From positions 1 through 32,181 of the IMG/VR virus record IMGVR_UViG_3300030330_001729: DNA of 32,181 nucleotides; one strand, 5' to 3'. Shown piece by piece: positions 27,440-32,181 of this stretch. Position numbers and translations under genes: made by a program. The notes beneath the pieces were generated by a model that was given only the letters and a program-made list of their open reading frames with translations, had not been told where the DNA came from and made no database searches. Origin of the DNA: a virus. Its lineage: Duplodnaviria > Caudoviricetes. Within the stretch, counting starts at the first letter, position 1. Every line of letters begins with the position of its first letter.

Positions 27440-27650
27440 AATTGACCCTTTCCATTTGGCCGGGGCGAATTCCCCGACAAGGTGCTTACGGGGTAACCAC
27501 CGGAAACCTGACAGGATCGGTCGATCTTTTTCTCCAATTCTTAGCCGCCGTAAACTTCAGGGGCGAGTTCGACTCCCCGAGTTCAACTCCCCCCTTTCCC
27601 TCATTATCTTGTTCCAATGGCTGACGGCCCTAAAAACGCCGTTTTTGAAA

Positions 27651-27666
27651 CGTGCCATTTGGCACG
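27651..27666. repeat. 16-bp palindrome copy 6 (CGTGCCATTTGGCACG, perfect)
   Basis: Perfect core, 4 nt upstream of the oxygenase RBS. Confidence 0.9.
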
Positions 27667-27679
27667 GTTTGGAGTTCCC

Positions 27680-28147
27680 ATGAGACTGCTACTTCCTAAT
27701 GTTCTCACTGATGAAATGGTGGAATCACTACTCACCACACACACTAGAGAACACATCCACAGGAATGATGCTTGGGATACCGGAGTAATGCCTGACTTGT
27801 GCCAAATTGTCACAGAGCATATACCTGCAAAGGTAGGTGGCAATGCCTACTTCAGAGTAGAGACCAGATCCGCTGGTCACACCAAGCACTATGACGGGTG
27901 TAAGCTGGATAAGACCCCAAATCACATGCCCTGGTGCAAGTGGTCTGCAGTGTCTCTCCTCACGCCGCCTAGCAGCTTCTCTGGAGGCGAGTTCAGTTTC
28001 TTTGACCCAGAAGAGGTCTACCGCGAGGAACTGCACAGGAGCCTTCTCCTGTACTCCTCAGGGGCAGACAATGATCCACAGCTACATCAAGCTGCACGGC
28101 ACTGGGATGGAAGGCGAACAATGCTCCTGATGTTTTTTGAGGGGTGA
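27680..28147 (+). CDS. 2OG-Fe(II) oxygenase (prolyl-4-hydroxylase-like)
   Basis: HYD (HxD), WSAVSLL...FSGGEFSF, distal LH and GRR (2OG-binding Arg); GGAG RBS 27671-27674 favours ATG 27680 over 27617. Confidence 0.85.
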   Translation: MRLLLPNVLTDEMVESLLTTHTREHIHRNDAWDTGVMPDLCQIVTEHIPAKVGGNAYFRVETRSAGHTKHYDGCKLDKTPNHMPWCKWSAVSLLTPPSSFSGGEFSFFDPEEVYREELHRSLLLYSSGADNDPQLHQAARHWDGRRTMLLMFFEG

Positions 28148-28470
28148 AAATTTCACCGGGGAAATTTACGAGGGGTAGTACGTGATGAATCCCGCTGCTC
28201 TACCCCCCCTTGGCCCCTAGCCCGCAAGCCATTCTAGCCACGGGAAACACCACAACAAAACCACAGATTGAAAGGGGCAGGGGGCAGGATCGGCCGTGCC
28301 TGTACGCCAGCCCGCGATCACGCAGTGAGTGTGTGGTCCATGGTGGACTTGAACCGCTAACAGAACGTGCCATTTGGCACGGTATTGGGTCCGTTTGGTT
28401 TTTCGTACATGCGTCATATCCGACGCGCACCAACAAAGCCCGATCTGTTTTTTTTCTTTTATTCTCTATA
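28148..28470. other. Non-coding region, probable genome terminus/terminal-repeat junction
   Basis: Lies between the end of the late module and the first early promoter; no convincing ORF; G and C runs, palindromes and a poly-T tract. Confidence 0.55.
28366..28381. repeat. 16-bp palindrome copy 7 (CGTGCCATTTGGCACG, perfect)
   Basis: Perfect core; intergenic, about 95 nt upstream of the first early promoter. Confidence 0.9.
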
Positions 28471-28474
28471 CCTG

Positions 28475-28503
28475 TTGCAATGACCTATCCGATAGGTTAT
28501 CTT
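28475..28503 (+). promoter_or_regulatory. Sigma70-type early promoter with palindromic spacer
   Basis: TTGCAA-N17-TATCTT; spacer contains perfect inverted repeat ACCTATC-C-GATAGGT (28483-28497); T-rich tract upstream. Confidence 0.7.
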
Positions 28504-28541
28504 CCACCTATCAATAACCACCTACTAGGAAAGGTAACCAA

Positions 28542-28862
28542 ATGAAACAGACACAGAAAATCGGCAAATCAAAAGAAGCTAGACGGGTTTGCATCTGGAA
28601 CCGTGCAATGATCGACGCAGGGTTTCCCATCGGTCAACCCATCAGCGTAACGGCCAAGGGTAGCCGGGTAATCATTGAACCCGTCAAGGAATCACGGAAA
28701 AAGGTATCTGGTGTAACTAATCACGGGAACCTGCTTCCCGTCATCGACATGAAAGAAACAAAGTCTCTCAGCCTGTCCGGTTTGGGCGATATTGGCGACA
28801 CAGTACAGATCGCCATCACCGATGGCCGCATCACCGTATCCCGCATCTCATCCACCTACTAG
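28542..28862 (+). CDS. AbrB/SymE-like swapped-hairpin protein, putative DNA-binding regulator
   Basis: RVCIWNRAMIDAGFPIGQPISV...VIIEP and a second similar half PVIDMK...GDTVQIAITDGRITV; first early gene. Confidence 0.6.
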   Translation: MKQTQKIGKSKEARRVCIWNRAMIDAGFPIGQPISVTAKGSRVIIEPVKESRKKVSGVTNHGNLLPVIDMKETKSLSLSGLGDIGDTVQIAITDGRITVSRISSTY

Positions 28863-28880
28863 AAACAGAAAGGCAAAGCC

Positions 28881-29240
28881 ATGACCAGCTACAGCGACGA
28901 CGTTACATTTGAAAACCGCACACAGACCAGAATGGGTATCCGCACCCGTTATCTAGGATATGGTAAATGGTCCGTTACAGAATGCCGATCAGCGTGCGAC
29001 ATGCCGACCAGAAGAATCCGATTCCGTGGACAATTCGACCGTGTTCAGGACGGCCACAGAGCAGCAGCGCAGGCGTGGATTGATAAACACATCAAAGATG
29101 GCGAGGGTACTTGGAGAGATGATGCCAAGATCGTCAATTTTGGGTTGGCATTCGGACCGGATGACTACTTCTGGACATGGACAATCGGCAAAGAATCAAC
29201 AGAGCCATTGAATCCCGAAATCGGCGGCGGAATCGCCTGA
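28881..29240 (+). CDS. Early hypothetical protein
   Basis: 119 aa; leader motif plus GAAAGG RBS. Confidence 0.75.
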   Translation: MTSYSDDVTFENRTQTRMGIRTRYLGYGKWSVTECRSACDMPTRRIRFRGQFDRVQDGHRAAAQAWIDKHIKDGEGTWRDDAKIVNFGLAFGPDDYFWTWTIGKESTEPLNPEIGGGIA

Positions 29241-29245
29241 ACCTC

Positions 29246-29280
29246 TCCCAGCATGGCTCAACGGCCATGTTTGGGATTTT
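29246..29280 (+). terminator. Intergenic hairpin (terminator or RNA processing site)
   Basis: TCCCAGCATGGCT-CAAC-GGCCATGTTTGGGA then TTTT, just after the stop at 29240. Confidence 0.6.
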
Positions 29281-29336
29281 AGCGTTTGACCAGGTCCCTC
29301 AGATCATCCCACCTACTAAACAGGAAAGACAAAACC

Positions 29337-29843
29337 ATGACCACAGAAACAATGGCAATCGGACCAATCGTAGAAAATACAATCCTCATCAATGAAACCC
29401 TGAGCGCGCTTCTCTGGGAATTGAACGGGCTGAATCCCAAGCGCGCCATGGGGTATCACAATGAACTGGCCCAAATGGGGTTTGTGTGTGATTTCGCTGG
29501 GGCATGTATCCCAGAACAGGATGAATGGCCAGAAGGCGTCACCCATGACGATTTGGGAGAGGTTCAGGATGAGATCATCGAATACCTACAGGATCACCAC
29601 ATCCCACCATACTGCTATCTGGGAACGCATGAAGGCGACGGCGCATCTCTGGGGGTCTGGCCCGATGTCGAGTCTATCGAGATGGCAATCCAGGACGGAG
29701 AAATTCTTTCATTCGACGACAATGGGCAAGCATTGCCCGAGGGATATACCGGCGATGCCGTGTATACGAATGATCACGGCAACATGACATGTGGCCATGT
29801 CGTTAATGGCGAATTCGTGAAAACCTACTGGGACTGCGTTTGA
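29337..29843 (+). CDS. Early acidic hypothetical protein
   Basis: 168 aa; leader motif plus AGGAAAG RBS; YLGTHEGDGASLGVW and NDHGN motifs. Confidence 0.8.
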   Translation: MTTETMAIGPIVENTILINETLSALLWELNGLNPKRAMGYHNELAQMGFVCDFAGACIPEQDEWPEGVTHDDLGEVQDEIIEYLQDHHIPPYCYLGTHEGDGASLGVWPDVESIEMAIQDGEILSFDDNGQALPEGYTGDAVYTNDHGNMTCGHVVNGEFVKTYWDCV

Positions 29844-29851
29844 TCCCATTC

Positions 29852-29883
29852 TGGCCCATTGTGCCTAGCGGCATGATGGGCTA
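29852..29883 (+). terminator. Intergenic 14-bp hairpin (terminator or RNA processing site)
   Basis: TGGCCCATTGTGCC-TAGC-GGCATGATGGGCTA with 3 G-U pairs; weak T tail. Confidence 0.55.
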
Positions 29884-29894
29884 TTCTGTACGCG

Positions 29895-29923
29895 AGGCAA
29901 TAGCCTAGCCGATAGACTACAAT
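29895..29923 (+). promoter_or_regulatory. Probable sigma70-type promoter with weak -35
   Basis: AGGCAA-N17-TACAAT; spacer TAGCCTAGCCGATAGAC matches the 28481-28497 spacer at 12/17 positions. Confidence 0.55.
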
Positions 29924-29952
29924 ACTCATCCCACCTACTGAGAGGAAACGAC

Positions 29953-30288
29953 ATGGCCGATTTAGACAAATTCATCGAAGCATTCATTGAGGCTATGTGT
30001 TGGACAAATGAACACGAATTGGGCGAGGCTGAATTGTCCGATGAAATCCGGCTCGACATTGCCGCCGATTGTCGATCATTCTGGAGACGGTTCGGATGCT
30101 ACGTGGAACCATCCCACCAAACCCCACAGCAGGCAGGCCATGACTTCTGGTTGACCAGGAACGGGCATGGTGCGGGCTTCTGGGATGGCGATTGGCCTGA
30201 GCCATACGCTGAAATGCTCACAAAAGCATCGGAATCATACGGACCATTCGAGCCATACATGGGCGACGATGGCCTGATCTACGTTTGA
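29953..30288 (+). CDS. Early hypothetical protein (GHDFWLTRNGHGAGFWD family)
   Basis: 111 aa; leader motif plus GAGG RBS; motif recurrent in phage early genes. Confidence 0.85.
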   Translation: MADLDKFIEAFIEAMCWTNEHELGEAELSDEIRLDIAADCRSFWRRFGCYVEPSHQTPQQAGHDFWLTRNGHGAGFWDGDWPEPYAEMLTKASESYGPFEPYMGDDGLIYV

Positions 30289-30320
30289 AATCATCCCACC
30301 TACTAAGAGGAAAGCATCCC

Positions 30321-30587
30321 ATGAAAATTATCATTGATACCGATTCCACCTACGCGCCATGTGCATACTTGATATGCGCGATTGACGATTCCGGCGACTG
30401 GGATACCCGCGACGAATCCCGTACCGTCCTAGTTCAATCCGACTGGGACCATCCCGGCATCGCTTCCACGTTCGGCTGGACTGGTGATCAAGACGATCCC
30501 GAATCCATCACCGATGCCGGGGAATACCTTGACAGTATCGCGGGTGATCCCGCGTACGCGGTTGAAGATCCTGGATATCTCACCTGA
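30321..30587 (+). CDS. Early acidic hypothetical protein
   Basis: 88 aa; leader motif plus GAGG RBS; VLVQSDWDHPGIASTFGW, C-terminal EDPGY. Confidence 0.8.
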   Translation: MKIIIDTDSTYAPCAYLICAIDDSGDWDTRDESRTVLVQSDWDHPGIASTFGWTGDQDDPESITDAGEYLDSIAGDPAYAVEDPGYLT

Positions 30588-30619
30588 ACCCATCCCACCT
30601 ACAAAGAAAGACCCATCCC

Positions 30620-31165
30620 ATGACATTCAACAAAACCATCGTCACAATCAACGGCAAGTCCGGCATCTTTTATTGCGAGCCGCACATGGTCAAGCTGCCA
30701 TCCCACGCAGAAACTCAGCGCGAAGACTGGGAAACAGAGGCATTCCCAATCTGGGTGGATGACCAGGGCCGATATGAAACCATGATCGAGCGTAGCGGCT
30801 ACTTTTCCTACGATCTTGAAGAGATTGAGCGGCTGCTACGCATCTTCATGTTGAATGAAGGCTATGCAGAGGACGATTTCCCACATGACATGGCGAAGAC
30901 GTTCACATATCCCATCTATGTTGAGGATCTAAACGATGCGAATCTGATTGCAAACGTGACTGATGATGATGAAATATACGACATCATCGACCGCGTTCTG
31001 TCGGGGTCGCATCCCCAGCACGAGCTTGCGCGTGATCCGTGGCATGATTACGGGGTCATTCGCATACATTCCGCAACGGATAAATGTAATGCCATGAAGG
31101 CGGCCCTCGAAATCGTTGATACCTTGAATTGCGCGAATTACACCGCAAAAATGAATGAGATATGA
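30620..31165 (+). CDS. Early acidic hypothetical protein
   Basis: 181 aa; leader motif plus AGAAAG. Confidence 0.75.
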   Translation: MTFNKTIVTINGKSGIFYCEPHMVKLPSHAETQREDWETEAFPIWVDDQGRYETMIERSGYFSYDLEEIERLLRIFMLNEGYAEDDFPHDMAKTFTYPIYVEDLNDANLIANVTDDDEIYDIIDRVLSGSHPQHELARDPWHDYGVIRIHSATDKCNAMKAALEIVDTLNCANYTAKMNEI

Positions 31166-31196
31166 ACCCATCCCACCTACCGGAAAGGACAGGCAA

Positions 31197-31397
31197 ATGA
31201 AAGACTTCTATGACAACTATTACGGGCAGCTAGTCGGGGCCACCATCTTGGGGTTCTGGCAAACGGATGAAGAAGGTGAGAAGTGGCCGACATTTCTCAT
31301 CCGACTGGAGAAAGGCGACGAGGTAACCGTCACCCTGTCATGCGACGAGGAAGGCAACCGACCAGGTTTCGCATTCATTGAAGAGGTGAAGGAATGA
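31197..31397 (+). CDS. Early hypothetical protein (SxDxEGN motif)
   Basis: 66 aa; leader motif plus GAAAGGA RBS; LSCDEEGNRPGF. Confidence 0.8.
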   Translation: MKDFYDNYYGQLVGATILGFWQTDEEGEKWPTFLIRLEKGDEVTVTLSCDEEGNRPGFAFIEEVKE

Positions 31398-31582
31398 AGA
31401 CCATCACACTGAGGACTGCGAGCGGCATACCCATCCGACAGGTTGAACTTGTGAGTGTAAGCGTGCCTATACGCAAGCGAACACACAACCGAACAACATT
31501 CTTCACGTATCAAGAGGGTAAGGATTCTGAAGGAAACACCTATAGCGTCCGTTCATCAGGAACATGGAGGCAATGCAGATGA
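31394..31582 (+). CDS. Early small basic hypothetical protein
   Basis: 62 aa; GAGGTG RBS; ATGA overlap with upstream gene. Confidence 0.6.
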   Translation: MKTITLRTASGIPIRQVELVSVSVPIRKRTHNRTTFFTYQEGKDSEGNTYSVRSSGTWRQCR

Positions 31583-31872
31583 CCGACCAGAACATCCCAT
31601 CCCACGAGCAACTGGTCAAGAAGATACAGGAGTTCCTTAACACGCAACCTGATAACGACGCGGTTGAACGGTTCTACTGCAACCAGGTGCTTCCATACGA
31701 CAAGCGTTCGATCACAGAGATCCTGTCCGTATACAACGAGGCTGATGACTGGTGTGAATGTGAAGACCGTGACATCTATGACACTGAGTTCTGGGATGAC
31801 GGCGAACACGAGCATGTTTACAAACACCACTACCGTTGCGGCGACTGTGGAAAGATCACACAAATCGGCTGA
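31579..31872 (+). CDS. Early hypothetical protein with putative Zn-binding motif
   Basis: GGAGG RBS; ATGA overlap; WCEC...KHHYRCGDCGKITQIG. Confidence 0.75.
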   Translation: MTDQNIPSHEQLVKKIQEFLNTQPDNDAVERFYCNQVLPYDKRSITEILSVYNEADDWCECEDRDIYDTEFWDDGEHEHVYKHHYRCGDCGKITQIG

Positions 31873-31873
31873 C

Positions 31874-31902
31874 TTGACAGGCTATATGATAGCTGGTACA
31901 AT
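31874..31902 (+). promoter_or_regulatory. Near-consensus sigma70 promoter
   Basis: TTGACA-N17-TACAAT; spacer contains the inverted repeat GCTAT-ATG-ATAGC. Confidence 0.85.
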
Positions 31903-31943
31903 AGGCCATGTCACTAATCCCACTTACTAGGAAAGGAAAAACC

Positions 31944-32153
31944 ATGAGTGAGAAAAAAGACAATGCAGATCAGGAATACGGAATGCGCATAACCATCCAC
32001 TGCCGAAGTGAAGAAGAGGCAAATCGGTTCATGGCGGAACACGAGGCTAAGAAAAAGAACGCTACAACTGGATTAGAGTTTGAGGACAAGGCGGACAAGA
32101 TGTTCAAGGATGTCACCGCCCACGTGAACAAGCGACTGACCCAGAAAGACTGA
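31944..32153 (+). CDS. Early hypothetical protein
   Basis: 69 aa; leader motif variant plus AGGAAAGGA RBS. Confidence 0.7.
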   Translation: MSEKKDNADQEYGMRITIHCRSEEEANRFMAEHEAKKKNATTGLEFEDKADKMFKDVTAHVNKRLTQKD

Positions 32154-32181
32154 CCCCACCCCACCCGGCGGGCTTACCGGC

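Larger units (their letters stand above)
28518..31927 (+). repeat. Dispersed leader motif (TCATC)CCACCTAC(T), 8 copies before early genes
   Basis: Cores at 28518, 28852, 29309, 29931, 30296, 30595, 31173, 31920 (last is CCACTTAC); each ends 14-21 nt before an ATG and just 5' of a purine-rich RBS. Confidence 0.92.
1..32181 (+). mobile_element. T7-like podophage (Autographiviridae-type) genome segment: late/structural module, probable terminal junction and early region
   Basis: Single-subunit RNAP, portal, scaffold, capsid, tail tubular A/B, internal virion proteins and TerS/TerL in T7-like synteny; no host housekeeping genes seen. Confidence 0.95.

Noticed and set aside
27146-27445. 99-aa plus-strand ORF
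   Set aside because: Overlaps the minus-strand gene, which has the better RBS, a recognisable motif and an oriented terminator
27555-27595. tRNA gene or tRNA-derived attP (GAGTTCGACTC resembles a T-arm)
   Set aside because: No acceptor stem, D-arm or anticodon arm could be built and no integrase is in the window; kept only as a hairpin/tandem repeat
27341-27813. Weaker palindrome look-alikes CGTGGCATTTGCCATG (27341) and TGTGCCAAATTGTCACA (27798)
   Set aside because: Three mismatches or altered spacing; cannot be distinguished from chance without a position-weight-matrix scan
1403-28381. Palindrome half-site TGGCACG as sigma54 -24 promoter elements
   Set aside because: The half-site matches the -24 consensus, but none of the copies I checked has TTGC at the required -12 spacing
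28200-28545. ORFs 28210-28545(+), 28200-28436(-) and 28217-28417(-)
   Set aside because: No convincing RBS, atypical composition, and they overlap palindrome, poly-T or promoter elements of the probable terminal region
28518-31927. CCACCTAC repeats as a CRISPR array or integron attC array
   Set aside because: Repeats are only 8-14 nt, non-palindromic and separated by whole genes of variable length; no cas or integrase gene in the window

Overview
The whole window is part of a T7-like (Autographiviridae-type) podophage genome, almost entirely on the + strand. It opens with the C-terminal part of a single-subunit RNA polymerase placed directly before the virion genes (phiKMV-like order). Next come portal, scaffold and major capsid, a block of membrane/lipoprotein and fibre-like genes, two tandem tail tubular protein A paralogues, tail tubular protein B, and three internal virion proteins. 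TerS and TerL are separated by a small gene and a calcineurin-like metallophosphoesterase. After TerL lie a holin-like gene, a lone minus-strand gene and a 2OG-Fe(II) oxygenase, then a non-coding probable genome-end junction (~28150-28540) and an early region of small genes behind sigma70-type promoters. Signals not explained by the gene calls: (1) a 16-bp palindrome CGTGCCA-WW-TGGCACG found 7 times across the window; (2) a CCACCTAC leader motif before 8 of 10 early genes; (3) a CTAT-N3-ATAG-like palindrome in the spacer of three early promoters; (4) RNAP motifs that look more mitochondrial-type than T7-type; (5) duplicated tail adaptor with no T7 gp17-like fibre after the large internal protein. 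All family assignments come from motif recognition by eye, not database searches. The host cannot be assigned from this window.
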